Below, one piece after another: positions 35,820-49,390 of a stretch of 64,000 bases of DNA. The notes beneath the pieces were generated by a model. It saw nothing but the letters and a program-made list of their open reading frames with translations. It searched no databases and was not told the DNA's origin. The stretch is taken from contig OZ024743.1 of assembly GCA_964016885.1 (NCBI GenBank), positions 338,768,001-338,832,000 on the forward strand. Direction: 5' to 3'. Source of the DNA: Eledone cirrhosa. Taxonomy: Eukaryota. The translations under genes were made by a program, and so were the position numbers. Each line of letters opens with the position of its first letter. Positions within the stretch are counted from its first letter, which is position 1.

Positions 35820-37760
35820 TTTAACTTATATATGGAATCTAAAGGATGTGTATGATGAGAGAGAAGATGAATTAGAATTGTATGATATAGAAGACAACTG
35901 GAAGTTCTTACCTGACAACCTACTGCACGCAACTGAAGAGACTTGTAGCTGGAGTAAAGCTCCAAATAGAGGGTGACTTGGTGGTGGAACAGCGCGATAG
36001 ATAGAGCCATTAAAGACAAAAGACAAGCATGGAAGTATTGGGAAAATGGGGGAGTAGAGACCGATATTAGCCGCTAAAAGAGAGGCAAGACGTCAGGTAT
36101 ACTTAGCACGCAGGGAGGTTGAGAGAAGGAGGTTTGCCAATGTTCTGCGACGAAAAGATCAGAGACGTGAGGTGTTCCGCATTGCAAAGCAGTGTGTCAG
36201 TGTAAATCAGGATGTTGTTGGAGATAAGTGTGTCCGAAATAAGGCCAGTGCTCTTAGCGCCACTGATGCTCAGAAAAAGGATGCCTTCAAATGTCACTAT
36301 GAGAGACTGTTGATAATTAATGGGAGAGAAAGAAACTACTCTTAGCAGACCCAACTGAGGGACCAGCTATTGAGGTTGACGTCTATAGGGTCAAAGAAAC
36401 AATTAAAGAAATGAAAAGTGTTAAGGCCGCTGGGCCGTCAGGCATAGTCAGTCAAGTTATATATGACGGAGTCATACCCAGAGACTGGTGCAGCAGTATA
36501 TTTGTTAATTGTTACAAAGATAAAGGGGATGCTCTGGATATGGGGCAATTATAGGGGCATAAAACTGATGGATCGGGTTATGAAAGTGACAGAAAGAGTG
36601 CTAACACAACTAATTAGAGAGAGAATCAAATTAGAGGAGATGCCACTATATTTAGCTTTTGTTGACCTAGTGAAGGCCTTTGATAGGGTACCTCGATCTG
36701 TCAGCTGGTGGTCCCTAAGGAAACTAGGTGTAGAGGTATAGCTTGTGAGGACAGTGCAAGCTATGTACAGGGTGTTGTCAGTAAAGTGAGAGTAGGAATG
36801 GAGTTTAGTGAGGAATTCCAGATACAAGTAGGAGTTCATCAGGGTTCGGTCCTCAGCCCACTTTTATTCATAATAGTTCTCCAAGCCATAACAGAGGAGT
36901 TTAAGACTGGCTGTCCATGGGAACTTATCTAATCTGACGATCTAGTTCTTATAGCAGAATCAGTAGGGGAGCTAGAGAATAAATTCTGGCTATGGAAACA
37001 GCAATTGGAATTAAGAGGACTGAGAGTGAACCTAGCAAAGACTAAAGTATTGATAAGTAGGAAAGAGGACAAGACTGATTCCATCAGGGAAATGACCATG
37101 CTCGATATGTAGAAATGGAGTTGGCATAAACTCTATAGAATGTACACAATGCAGATCTTGGGTACACAAGAGGTGTAGTGGGACAGCAGGCAAACTAACA
37201 GGAAAGGAAAACTTTGTATGTAGATGTTCAGGGAAAATTGATAGTAGAAGTGCTACGCACATTTTTCAAATGCATGTAGGATCTGTAGAGGTGGTTGATA
37301 GCTTCCGATATCTAGGGGATCAAATTAGCAAGGGAGAAGGATGCCCCGAGGCCATAATATCTAGAATAAGGACAGGATAGAAGACATTTAGGGAACTGCT
37401 TCCTCTGTTGACAACAAAGGGTTTCTCCCTGCGAACGAAAGGTTGGTTGTATGATGCTTGTGTGAGATGCGCGATGTAGCATGGTAGTGAGACATGGGCA
37501 GCAGTTGCGGAAGATATGCGAAGGGTGGAGAGAAATGAAGCAAGCATACTCCGATGGATGTACAATCAATGCGTGTGAATAACTAAACATGGACGAGTTG
37601 AGAGAGAAACTGTGTATATGACAAATAAACTGTAGTGTGCAGGAGAGAAGACTACGTTGGTATGGCCATGTGATGCGCATGGATGATGACCGCTGAGTGA
37701 AGAAGTGCTAGGTAATTCCAGTGGAAGCAAGACACAGATGAGGGAGATGACCACGGAAGG
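35820..37760 (+). mobile_element. Degenerate RTE LINE (family of 56310-64000)
   Basis: NYRGIKL, AFVDLVKAFDRV, GVHQGSVLSPLLF, GCPWEL; many stops. Confidence 0.85.
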
Positions 37761-38120
37761 TGTTTGGAATAACGTTACTCAATAGAGTGTGTAGCTCAGT
37801 GATCAATGAATTGCTCCTGGTAGAGCTGTCACTCCTCCGAATTGAAAGAGCATAGCTCCGATACTATGGGCATGTGCTTAGAACGTCCCATGGAAAGAAT
37901 CGCTGGATAGATTTTATGGGCAAAACCAATCGGCAGGAGACCCAGGAGTAGAAGCCGGGAAAGATGGTTAGATAACATCCATGAGCTTGTCTGGTCTCGC
38001 TTGGGAATCCAGACGGATCATTTGGAGACGGTTGCTTCTGACAGGACCCGCTGGAAGAAGTGTTTGATGGCTTCCCCCACGAACCTTTCAGGAATAAGTG
38101 GGCGAAGAAGAAAAAGAAGA
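37760..38120 (+). mobile_element. Rex3/Expander-like RTE 3' fragment
   Basis: Homologous to 1260-1592; GAAGAAG tail. Confidence 0.7.
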
Positions 38121-38186
38121 CCTCAATAGGGTTGTTACATTTGATAATATGCTCCTAAACACATTATATCTAGCAACGATGATAGA

Positions 38187-38385
38187 GCAGTGGATTGGCA
38201 GAGTCGTTAGAATGTTGGACAAATGTTTCGCTGTATTAATTCTGAGTTCGAATCCCGTCTAGGTCAATTTTTCCTATGATCCATCCCTCCGAGGTCAATA
38301 AAATAAAGTACCAGTTAAATGCTGGGGTTAATATAATCGATTTTTATCTCCGATTTTTAGCTTTTAGTCTAAATTAGAAATCATA
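38187..38385 (+). mobile_element. tRNA-derived SINE (other copies ~190-245, 14630-14720(-), 43015-43140, 46847-47045, 52890-53045, 53420-53600, 55511-55735)
   Basis: A-box-like TGGCAGAGTCGTTAG, B-box GAGTTCGAATCC, conserved GAGGTC..CTTT..CATCC...GATAAAATAAAGTACCAG block. Confidence 0.75.
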
Positions 38386-38699
38386 GTATCTAGCAGTGAT
38401 GGCGGTGACGGTAGTGCTGAAAATTTTTTTTTTTTTTTACTTCTAACTTTTCTCCATCTCATTTCTTATAATTTTCTTTTTATTAAGCCTTCTCCATTCT
38501 GTCCGCCGGGGTTGTGGGGCGCCCAGCAAGTGGGACCCCATTTGCTCATCATACAGAGGGATGGAGGCTATGACAGTAGGAGTTGGGCTCTTTCACGTTC
38601 GGACCATATCCTTGTGGTTGTGTTCATTAAGCAGTTAATGATTCATATCATTCTCACATTTGTATTCATCGACATATCTTCTTCTCTTTAGTAATCTGT

Positions 38700-39140
38700 G
38701 TCTGTGTGTATGGCCAAGTATGCGTGCGTGTGTGTATGGCGATGTATGCACGTGTGTGTGTGTGTATGGCGATGTATGCGCGTGTGCGTATGGTGATGTA
38801 TACTCATGTGTGTATGGTAATGTATGCGCGCGTGTGTATGGCGATGTATGCATGCGTGAATGTGTATGGCGATGTACGCGTGCGCGTGTGTATGGCGATG
38901 TATGCGCGTGTGTATGTATGGCGATGTATGCATGCGTGTGTATGGCGATGAATGTACGTGTGTATGGCGATGTATGTGTGTATGGCGATGTATGTATGTG
39001 TATGGCGATGTATGCGTGTTGTATGGCGATGAATAAATGCGTGAATGTGTATGGCGATGTATGCGTATGCGTGTGTGTATGGCGATGTATGCGTGTGTCT
39101 ATGTGTATGGCGATGTATACGCGTGTGTGTATGGTGATGT
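38700..39140. repeat. Minisatellite built on GTGTATGGCGATGTATGC
   Basis: About 20 degenerate units grading into GT/AT microsatellite. Confidence 0.9.
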
Positions 39141-39994
39141 ATGCGTGTGTATGTGTATGCGTGGAGGGGTGTAGTGATGTATGTATGTGTATGTGCGTAT
39201 GTGCGTGTGTGAACTCGCGTGTAAATGTGTGTATATGGTCATGCGTGTATATGTGTGTATGTATGCATGCGTATGTGTATGTAGTCGAGCATGCAAATAT
39301 ATGTGTACGTATGTGTGTGTATGAGGTGGTTCGCGCGTATATGCGTGTACGTATGTGTATATGGCAGAGCATACGCATGTGTGTATGTGTATGTAGACAA
39401 GCGCGCGTATATGTATGCGTGTATATGTGACCGGACACGATATATGTGTGTATATGACTGTAAATGCGTATACATATGTATGTAGCCGGCCATACGTGTA
39501 AGTGTGATGTGGCTGCAAACGTACATATGTGTTTATGTGGCTGAAAACGTTAATATGTGTGTATGAGTATGTATATGACCGTGCACGTGTATTTGTGTGC
39601 ATATAGCCGGGCGCGTGGGTGTGTAGTTGAGAATGTATATATATACATATAATATAAGATCAAAAGATGGTTAAAGGAGTTCCATATATTTTATTATGCG
39701 CATTTCAAAAAATATATATATGTGTGTGTGTGTTCTGCCGTGCATGTGTAGGTGAACATGCGTGCGTATAAATATGTGTGTATATGTGGCTAAACACCCA
39801 ATTATGTGTGTGCGTATATTTTGCGTAGTGTATAAAATGAAAGAACGAGAGGTTAACTCTACAGACACCGATGAGTTATTTCCCTTTGCTATTTCAACCT
39901 TTCTCCCTTCCTTTCTGTTACAGTGTGTTATCCACAACCACCACCCTCTCTATCATCATTACCATCATCATTAGCAACAGTAGCGGTAGTAAAG

Positions 39995-40208
39995 ATGGCT
40001 TCTTACAGACATGTTGCTGGACGATGGTGTCTCAGACATATCTGTAATGGTAGTTGTAGTAATAATAATTCCTTAAAACAACTTTGTCAACTGCTAATCA
40101 ACCATCATTTACCGCCTGCTCGTATTTCTAGCTATCAATTTATACCATCAAGTCGACGGTTTACAACACTAAATGTGTCTGTCTGTACAGAGGTTTCGTC
40201 ACGGCAAG
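39995..40208 (+). CDS. DNAJA3: DNAJA3/Tid1 probable first coding exon (mitochondrial presequence-like)
   Basis: aaagATGG start; MASYRHVAGRWCLRHIC...SSRQ is R/S-rich and acid-poor; ends at CAAG|gttagt in phase 1, matching the phase-1 acceptor at 47665; upstream polypyrimidine acceptor ending ~39923 suggests a 5' UTR intron. Confidence 0.6.
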
Positions 40209-42567
40209 GTTAGTGGCTCTATGTATCATATTATATCCTTAACCGAACATCCCCGTATAATTATATAAAAGAAACACTCTCTGTTATATAGTTAGGATTA
40301 TTTAGTTAGCTATAACCTTTCTCCCCCGAAATGTGTTGTCTTTTACCGATGTTAAAAACTGTTATTGCTGTGGTTATTCTATTTCTGTGTTCTGTGAGTC
40401 GCCTTCGTCTTTTATCCTTTCCAGATCGATGAAAGTACCGGTCAGTCAAATAATAGGATCGATGTAAAATATCCCTTCCTCTACAAAATATCAGAAATTG
40501 CTATTATTTATTCAAATCATGCCTGTGTCAATTTGTTATCTACTTGTGGGATTATACGCAAAAGTAGACCATAGTTTGGAATATCTAAGTTTGCTTATAT
40601 TCAGTCGCTCAACCAAGTCCGTGACCAGGTTTCGAGTCACGTTTCAAAATATTACATATCATTTAACATCTGCATAGTCGATATTTATGTTCACGACAGA
40701 AAGGTCATAAATGTCACAACATTACATCATCCTTGCGCATACATATTGTATCTCTGTCAGTTTCTCTTTCTATGGTGCGGGGTATTAAATGCACTTTTAA
40801 ATACTGAAACACAGAAGCATACTTCTTTACAAATGTTTGCTAAGATCCTATTTAGAATACGCAACAACTCCTGTCTGAAGTCCTTAACTCCTGAAGAAAA
40901 TTGTATCGATACACGGATACCTATGATGATCACATTTTAATATATATTTAATAGTATATGGTCCCGTTTAAACATTTATTCTGAACCACACTTAATGTTG
41001 TTGTTAATTATGTAGGGATTATTAAAGCAACTACCTAGATTGAAAAAGCTGACGTATCCGAACATATTGAAAACACTGAAATTACGAAATACAAACAGGA
41101 GTAAATGGGGTAGTTAATTTAAGAACTATGAAATTGTGGAATAATTTGAAATAAAGAATGGTAGCGGCAGAACACTTAAAATTTGTAGGATAAACCTTCG
41201 AAACTATTAAAAATAAAATAGAATTTTAAAGAAGACATAGTCTGGTGTACTATCCACAGAAGTCTGGTACATATCGATACTCTAAAGATACTGAAATATA
41301 TCATAATCTATAATATATTATAATTACGTCCATTTTATGTAATCGTCTGTTGAGGTAACCTACGAAATCCGAAAGCAGTTTTTATGCACAGTCATATACA
41401 AACCGAAACCGCTTAGCGCCGCGGTTGGGATTTTACATCTCTCTCTCTCTCTCTCTACATATATATATATATATAATGTGTAGTGTGTGCGTATTTGGAA
41501 ATAGGCGAACATATATTGGTCCATAGTTTTTGGGGTCAATGTAAGAAACCGACATTATCAGTAATACGTCGCCGAAAACTAGGTCTTTCGATCCGCTTGG
41601 ATTATATTAATATGAGCAATAACCTATGTTAGTTTATCACCAGGTAATCCTTTAATTGTACATGAGGCCTCTTGAGAAAGACATCATAGTTGCTGTGATA
41701 AAATACAACACTAACATCGATATTATAACAACTATACACACACACACACATATATATATATGACATAATTTGCAAAAATATTCATCTTGTTTCGCACTAT
41801 GGGGAGCTGTTCACGGGACGAAACATGATCGTTTTGTAAGGTTAACTTATGTCAAAATATACATTATTATACATAAGTATTTTATAATGCGTAATTATTT
41901 GAAACGGTTCTCCCTTACTCCTGTAATAATAAAAACCGAAACACATGCAACTCCTCGATTTTCTGTCGTGTATATACACACATACACTGATAGCATCAAG
42001 TTGTCCGGCACTGATTGAGTGAGCCTTAGTATCGGAGCAATCCTATTGTGTAGTAGAATGTTCGATAACAGGAAGTAGTTAACACGTGCTGTTCACTATG
42101 ATCAAACACGTTCTTCTAGTGACCATCCCGTCTTTTTTATTAAGGGCTATCTAGGACTACATAATCAAATGTGTCCTTTCTTGGTTTTCAGGGAGATTTA
42201 GCTGCTATTTCGGTTTCGAGTCCCGTCTGTAAACAAGTCTCAATTCTGTTTCATAGCTCCTTATTACATGCCCTTGAGAAAGACATCAACAACGCCTCAG
42301 TTCCCTCTACACCACCCCTTCTCATTATCATCATCAGTATCCCCACTACCTCTTCCACTATATATATATATCGACTCTCCACCACCCACCATCTTCTTTA
42401 CCCTATCTAGAGTTCGTTAGAAACTAAATATATATGACGTCAAACAGCAGAAGATTCCTGGCGAGGTGACCTCTATTTCTTAACGTCAAAACCGATGTAT
42501 GTAGAGTTATCTCCCTCTCTCGCTCTCCACAAACATACACACCCACTCACACGAGTGTATGTATGCT

Positions 42568-42627
<60 letters not shown>

Positions 42628-42637
42628 GTTGACGGCC

Positions 42638-42995
42638 GAGAGAAAAGAGTGTTCAATACCGAAGTATTATTAAGGCTAAATAGTGAGTTTTGTTATTGTG
42701 AACTTTCGCCTGTTTATGAGAGAAAAGAGTGTTCAATACCGAAGTATTATTAAGGCTAAATAGTGAGTTTTGTTATTGTGAACTTTCGCCTGTTTATCAC
42801 AACGTCTTTAGACATGAATGAACTAACACAATAAATAAAGGGAGACTCGAGGTGTGGAAGAAGGATTTAATTGAGAAAGGGTAATTGCCCCTATCTTAAT
42901 TACCTCTTCTCAATTAAATCCTCCTCTGATGATCCTGTGGTAAAAAGGCGAAACTCCAGAGTACCAAGATTCACTATTTAATCTTAATAAAATGA
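42638..42995. repeat. Head-to-head pair of degenerate hammerhead-bearing elements, with an 80-bp tandem duplication
   Basis: + CTGATGA-tcct..aggc-GAAA-ctccagag-TA at 42926-42963; homologue on - at ~42750-42815. Confidence 0.6.
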
Positions 42996-43889
42996 ATATA
43001 TATTGTATATATAGGCGACGAATTGAGTCATTAGAACGTTGGATAAAATGTTTTACAGTATTTGTCCCGGTTCTCTGCATTTGCGTCCAAACCCCGCCGA
43101 GGTCAACTTTACCTTTCCTCCTTTGAGGTTGATAAAAAAAATTCCACAATGGGACCTCTCCGACTTCATCGGGAGTTACAGGTCCATACCAACAGGCAAA
43201 TACATATGTGTCTGCTGTTGTTTTTATTCAGTTCCAAGTCAACCCAGATAGAGAAGAACTAGGATCAAGTCATTCCAATCGTCACCATCCTGTTTTATTT
43301 TGTTTGCTTTTTTTAGTTTTTTCTTCTTTTATTTTTCTAGGCCTAGTGTGTCTAATACTACATCATTACCTTGTGTGTCTTTTATTTTTGCCTGTAAAGT
43401 GTGATTTAAGAGAGATTTAGCTGTTATTTCCAGCATGTTTGTATACTTGTGGTGATAAGTGGGCAAGTGTTATTGACTCAAGACTTGTGACATAAGGTAG
43501 ACAGAAACTGTCAGGAAGCCTGTAGATAGACTGTACCTGTAATTCAAAGGCCAGCCTTGTTGCTCAGTGTGTCACGCTGAGAATCACGTTAAAGGCACAC
43601 ATATTTGTAGAATACTCAGCCATTATACTATAATACAAAGTGCCTTGCATACTGAATCTCCCCGAGAATGTTCAGCCACATACTCATTAATTTCACAAGT
43701 AAGCAACTGGAACGCTCATCATCAAGATCGACGGAGGTCCATTCCTATTTCGTGTGTATAACTTAGCTAATGTGTATGTGTCTCTGAGCCATTACATGCT
43801 ATAAAGATTCTGGCCTTGTTTTATACTCCGACAAATGCAGGAAATATTTGACCTTCTTGGGTCAATAAAATAAAGTACCAAGCACTCAG

Positions 43890-44640
43890 CTGGACAGCAA
43901 CTGCTTGCACATTGACGTTTCCCTCCGCATCTATGAGCCTCACAAATGCTGCTGTAGTATTATTGTGGATCCTTTCTATCTCCACCCACTGTCATGCCAT
44001 TACAGTGCTGGCCGCCTCTTATGCCATGCTGCTTTTAACGAGATCATAAAGCATGGCCTGGACAGTGTAGGCTTCCCTTTCCAGCTCGAGCCTGCAGGGC
44101 TGGACCGAAGGGATGGTAAAAGACCAGATGCATGACAATCTTCCCGTTCTGCAGGGATAGGCCCCTCATCTGGGATGTCACCCAGCACTTACTGTAAATG
44201 AGGTTGGTGTTAGGAAGGGCATCCAGCTGTAGCAATCAAGCTAGAATCAGTTCCTGTATGAGCAAGGCATAGTCAGCCGACCAGACACTGTCCACAACAG
44301 GACAACCCGTCTAACCCATCTAGCATGGAAGAACGGACGTAAAACGGTAATGATGATGATGTGGCAACTACTCAAGTGGCAACTTGGTGCATTCAGCTAC
44401 CAGCTCAGGCTCTGCTGCCTGCCAAGCCAAAGAGGGCAAACTATCCAAGTATCGGCCACTTTCAGATAGGTTTGTGGTGGAGACGCCAGCATTCTTAGTC
44501 CCCGGACCACATCCCTACTCACTGCTATCGGAGCGGAGTTGAATACGTACAGATGTGGGCCCTGCAAGGTGGAGTGGCTGTTGCAGCATGTCTCCCTCAC
44601 CATCCTCCAAGGCAATGCATTCTCCATCCTGTTGACTGGG
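43890..44640 (+). mobile_element. CRE-clade non-LTR relic (restriction-like endonuclease) split by a SINE/RTE tail at ~44184-44360
   Basis: HPLSCHYSAGR..HAAFNEII, LEPAGLDRRDGKRPD, LIWDVT, AACQAKEGKLSKY, LQHVSLTILQGNAFSIL. Confidence 0.75.
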
Positions 44641-45847
44641 ACCCAGAGACGGAGGTTAAATTAGTTAGAAGAGGAGGATACTCATTCAGACGTCACTTTC
44701 ACAGATGTATTGAGTGCCTTTTTAACTGTTATATAAATAACATTACAAATCACAATGAAACTAACGTAAAATATATGATGATATCATTTTGATACTATCA
44801 ACATACTGGGGTTGATTTAATCAACTTTGTCCTCTCCAGAAATTTGCTGGGCATGTGCCTAAATTAGAAACCAGTATTTTACTACTATCTTTCTACATTT
44901 ACCGATTGTTGTCCAGACATTGAAGTGTTTAGTGTCCTTTAGTACATATTGAAGTATATTTGATGGGCATTTTCAGTGTTGTTTTGCTGAAAACTGGGTC
45001 TTTGGGTATGTTTGTGCTTCATTCTTGTCACAAACGTCCATAAATTCCTCATTTCCTGCATATCTTTAATTATGACCTTGCAATGTAAAGTCATGATTGT
45101 TTTTGTTGTTGTTTTCATTGGTGTTGTGGTGGTATTGATGGTACTGTTTTGTTGTTGTTGTTATTGATGGTGGTGTTGATGGTATTATTGTTGTTGCTGT
45201 TGGTTGTACTGTTATTGGTGGTGCTGTTGGTTGTGGTGTTAATACTGTTGTTGCTGATAGTGCTACTATTGTTGGTGGTGATGCTGTTTTATGTGTTGTT
45301 GCTGCTGTATATGTACCCATAATTTCCACCTTACATCTACACTTTTTCTACATATCAAACATAACTACCTCCTAGATGGCATTAGTGTCGTGTTTTCTTT
45401 ACTTAACTCTTTAGCATTTACATTACTCTATATCTACTATTGTATTTTTGTGGTAAAGGCTTTACCTCACATAATATCGAATCTATGAGATTTTGATATT
45501 ATTTATTTTGAGAACAATACCTTAATATCAGTATAAGCATCCAGTTACAACCAGTTTGAACAGAAGGAGGTGAGGGATTTCTGGCCAGATATGTCCAGTG
45601 TAAATGCTAAAGGATTAAATAAAGCTTAAGTCCCTGTTATGTTTACTTTAAAGCACCTCTTGATTTTAAGCCTTGCTTTCATCTTTAACATTTCTTCTTT
45701 GATTATGAGAACAATCATACATTCTCATGTATAAGTCACTCCTCCATTTTACATACAATAGTTACAATCAACCATATATTTCTTATTGAGGTTTTGTAGG
45801 TGAAATAAATAAGTTAAATGCTGGTTTTTCTCATCATATTTTCATAG

Positions 45848-45910
45848 GAAACTTCTGTTGTTGGTGTGGGGGACTCACTAGGAAGGGAGCATCAGCAGTA
45901 CCATATCATG
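45848..45910 (+). CDS. DNAJA3: DNAJA3 candidate 63-nt phase 1-1 exon (GNFCCWCGGLTRKGASAVPYH)
   Basis: ttttcatag acceptor, ATG|gtacaa donor, open frame compatible with both neighbouring exons. Confidence 0.45.
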
Positions 45911-47664
45911 GTACAAAACCAAACTACATCTCATTTAAGCTACATTATATATATAGAGAGAGAGAGGTGACACAACAAAAAGTACCCTGTCCACACTGTA
46001 AATGTGGTTGGCATTAGGAAAGGCATCAAGCTTCATGACAATATCTCAGATAGAAGTTCTGGGAACTGAGTGGTGTGTTAATGAAGAAGAGACTTGCTGA
46101 AACTGAAAGGAAGAGTGTATGGTGCATGTGTGATACATGCCATGGCTTATGGGAATGAAACATATGTGAGTAACGTAAAGCAGCAGAAAAGGATGGAAAT
46201 GAGAATGGTTTGATGGATGAGTGGAGTATCACTGAGAGAGAAAACAAACAATGAATTGCAGAGGATGTTGGGAATAGAACCTGTAATATATGTTGTGAAG
46301 AGATTTGGAATGAGATAGTTGGGCCATGTGTTGAGGAAGAGTGGAAGTGACTGAATGTGAGAAATAAAGCCAGTGATGAATGTTGTGAAGAGAAATGGAA
46401 TAAGATGGTTGGGTGATGTGTTGAGGAAGGATGAAAGAAACTGAGTGAGTGGAGTGATGGATATAAATGTCGGAGAAAGTAGAGGAAGAGGATGACCGAG
46501 AAAGACATGGCTGCGGGTGATGGAGGAGGAAATAAAATCCATTTTGGTGAGGTAGTGGGGTGTAGATCGAAAAGCTTTCATGGGTCCCACAAAACTAACC
46601 CATACTTTAACAGGGAAATGAGCTTAAAATGCTTGGTATTCTCTGTGTTTTAACCCTTTAGCATTTACATTACTCTATATTTACTATTGTATTTTCATGG
46701 TAAACACTTTATCTCACATAATATTGGATTTACAAGATTTTGATGTTATTTATTTTGAGAACAATACCTTAACATAAGTATGAGCAGCAAAGAAGTGAGA
46801 GAATTCTGGCCAGATACAGCCAGTTTAAATGTTAAAGGATTAAGGGCAGTAGATTGGCAGCATCATTAAAATATCAGATAAAATACTTTGTATCATTTAA
46901 TTACGACCCTTTATGTTCAGAATTTAAATCCTGCTGAGGTCAACTTTGCCTTTCATCTTTCCAAGAATTGATAAAATAAAGTACTAGTGAATTACTGGGT
47001 CAATTTAATAAATTTGCTCTTCCCCAACATTACTGGTCTTGTACTAACCCTTTAGCATTTACATTACTCTATATTTACTGTTGTATTTTTATGGTAAAGG
47101 CTTTACTTCACATAATATCGAAGCTATGAGATTTTGATATTATTTATTTTGAGAACAATACCTTAACATCAGTATGAGTGGCTTATTACAACCAGTTAAA
47201 ACAAAAAGAGGTGAGCGAATTCTTGTCGGATACAGCTGGTTTAAATAAAGCTTAAATCTCTGTTATATTCACTCTGAAGCACCTCTTGATTTTAACCCTT
47301 GCTTTCATCTTTAAAATTTCTTTGACTATGAAAACAACCATACATGCTCATGTATCAGACATACCTCCATTTTACATACAATTTTATCATTTACATTACT
47401 TTATATTTACTATTGTATTTTCACAGTAAACGCTTTATCTCACATAATATCGAATCTATAAGATTTTGATATTATTTATTTTGAGAACAATACATTAACA
47501 TCAGTATGAGTGACTAGTTACAGCCTGTTTGAACAGAAATGGGTAGGGAATTCTGGCCGGATATGGCCAATTTAAATGTTAATAGGTTAAATTAGAAATC
47601 ATTCTTTGTTGTTGAGAAAGCAAAATGTGTAATATATCACTTCAATATTTTCAACTTTTCACAG

Positions 47665-47807
47665 AGAAACTGAAATGTTTACAAGCAACAACTTCACATG
47701 TGCGACTTATTCATTCAAACCATACACGTCACAAACAGGATTACTATAATGTCTTAGGAGTTTCTAAAAATGCTGACCAAAAGGAAATTAAAAAAGCTTA
47801 TTATCAG
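47665..47807 (+). CDS. DNAJA3: DNAJA3 exon, start of J-domain
   Basis: ...KQDYYNVLGVSKNADQKEIKKAYYQ; acag| acceptor and |gtatg donor. Confidence 0.93.
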
Positions 47808-47873
47808 GTATGTATATTCCTTTATTTTATATTGGTTTTAGTAATTAGACTGTGGCCATGCTGGGTGACTAAC

Positions 47874-48102
47874 TTAACCCTTTAACATTTACATTACACT
47901 ATATTTACTATTGTATTTTCACAGTGAACACTTTATTTCATATAATTATCTCACACAACATTAAATCTATGAGATTTTGATATTTTTTATTTTGAGAACA
48001 ATACCTTAACATAAGTATGAGCAACCAGTTATGGCCAATTTGAACAGAAAGAAGTGAGAAAATTCTGGCCGGAAACAACCAGTTTAAATGCTAAAGGGTT
48101 AA
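47874..48102 (+). mobile_element. TTAA-flanked piggyBac-type MITE (copies 45403-45618, 46650-46843, ~47044-47245, ~47385-47590, 54263-54459(-), 55936-56164)
   Basis: TTAA|CCCTTTA.CATT ... AATGCTAAAGGG|TTAA terminal inverted repeats. Confidence 0.8.
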
Positions 48103-48544
48103 ATGGATTTTAGTGAATCACATTGACTGCAGTACTATTGTTTTTTTTTTTTGTTTTTTGTTTTTTTTCAAGCCTGGTACTTATTCTATTGATTTCTTTT
48201 TGTTGAACTACTAAATTATGGGACATAAACAGGAATGGACATACACAAATACACATACACGTGTCCAGACACACACACACACACATACGCTTCCTCACAG
48301 TCTCCTTGTACCAAATTTTACTCTCAAGAAATGTGTCAAGCTGAGGTTATAGTAAAACACACTTGCCCAAGATGCCATGCATTGGAAGTGAAGCAAACCC
48401 CTTAACCACACAGTCATACCTACACCAACATGTGTTATTTTTTTAATTGGTTTGATCCATATTTGTTATCTCCTCTTTCTCTCTCTCATTTCTCACTACA
48501 TCTGTCACATGTACTATAAATAGATACACAGATATATATATAAG

Positions 48545-48940
48545 TACAAAGTGAAACCTACTACAGTCAGTAGGCACCTCTAACAAAATACACCCCCATC
48601 CCACTACCCCCACCCCCATCCACACCACCCATTTCAATGTAAAGTTATGTTGGTACCACAACATCCAGTACGAAACAAATGAGGTCGTGTAGGTGTCACA
48701 ACAAAAAAACACACAGTCCATGCTGTAATGTGGCCGTATAGGTAACACGGTAAAAAGCTCCCAGTCCACACTGTAAATGTGGTTGGTGTTAGGAAGGGCA
48801 TCCAACCGTAGAAAACCCGCCAGACAGTCCTATGCAAGCAAGACAACCACTCTTGCCTCAAGTGGGAAAACTCCCGTCCAAACCCATGCAAGCGTGTAAT
48901 ATGGACGTTAAACGATGATGATGATGATGATGATGATGAT
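48545..48940 (+). mobile_element. RTE 3' UTR fragment with (GAT)n tail
   Basis: Homologous to 60370-60738 and, inverted, 56310-56660. Confidence 0.8.
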
Positions 48941-49136
48941 ATAGGAACAAGTATGACCCCGACGGCAGAGCTCAAGCCGTTTCGACGGCTAATTCCAGAA
49001 TTAGCCGTCGAAACGGCTTGCGCTCTGCCGTCGGGGTCATACTTGTTCCTATTACCCACTCTACTGCTCTAAGTATTGAGTACTTTGGTGCGTTATGGTC
49101 CATCTGGTTCCTTACCACATTTCCTTTGTTATATAC

Positions 49137-49185
<49 letters not shown>

Positions 49186-49306
49186 TACACTCAAATATAT
49201 ATATATGTGTGTGTGTGTGTATGTGTAATTATATATGGGTATATATACATGCACTCACACCTACACATACATATGTCCTTTATCTGTTGTTATATTTACC
49301 TTGTAG

Positions 49307-49390
49307 TTGGCCAAGAAATACCACCCAGATGTCAATAAGAATGACCCAACCGCTGCTAAAAAGTTTCATGAAGTGTCTGAAGCCTATGAG
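49307..49390 (+). CDS. DNAJA3: DNAJA3 exon, J-domain HPD motif
   Basis: [28 protein letters not shown], 84 nt, ttgtag|...|gtaag. Confidence 0.96.

Noticed and set aside
38187-38262. tRNA gene
   Set aside because: A/B boxes only, no cloverleaf; it is a SINE head
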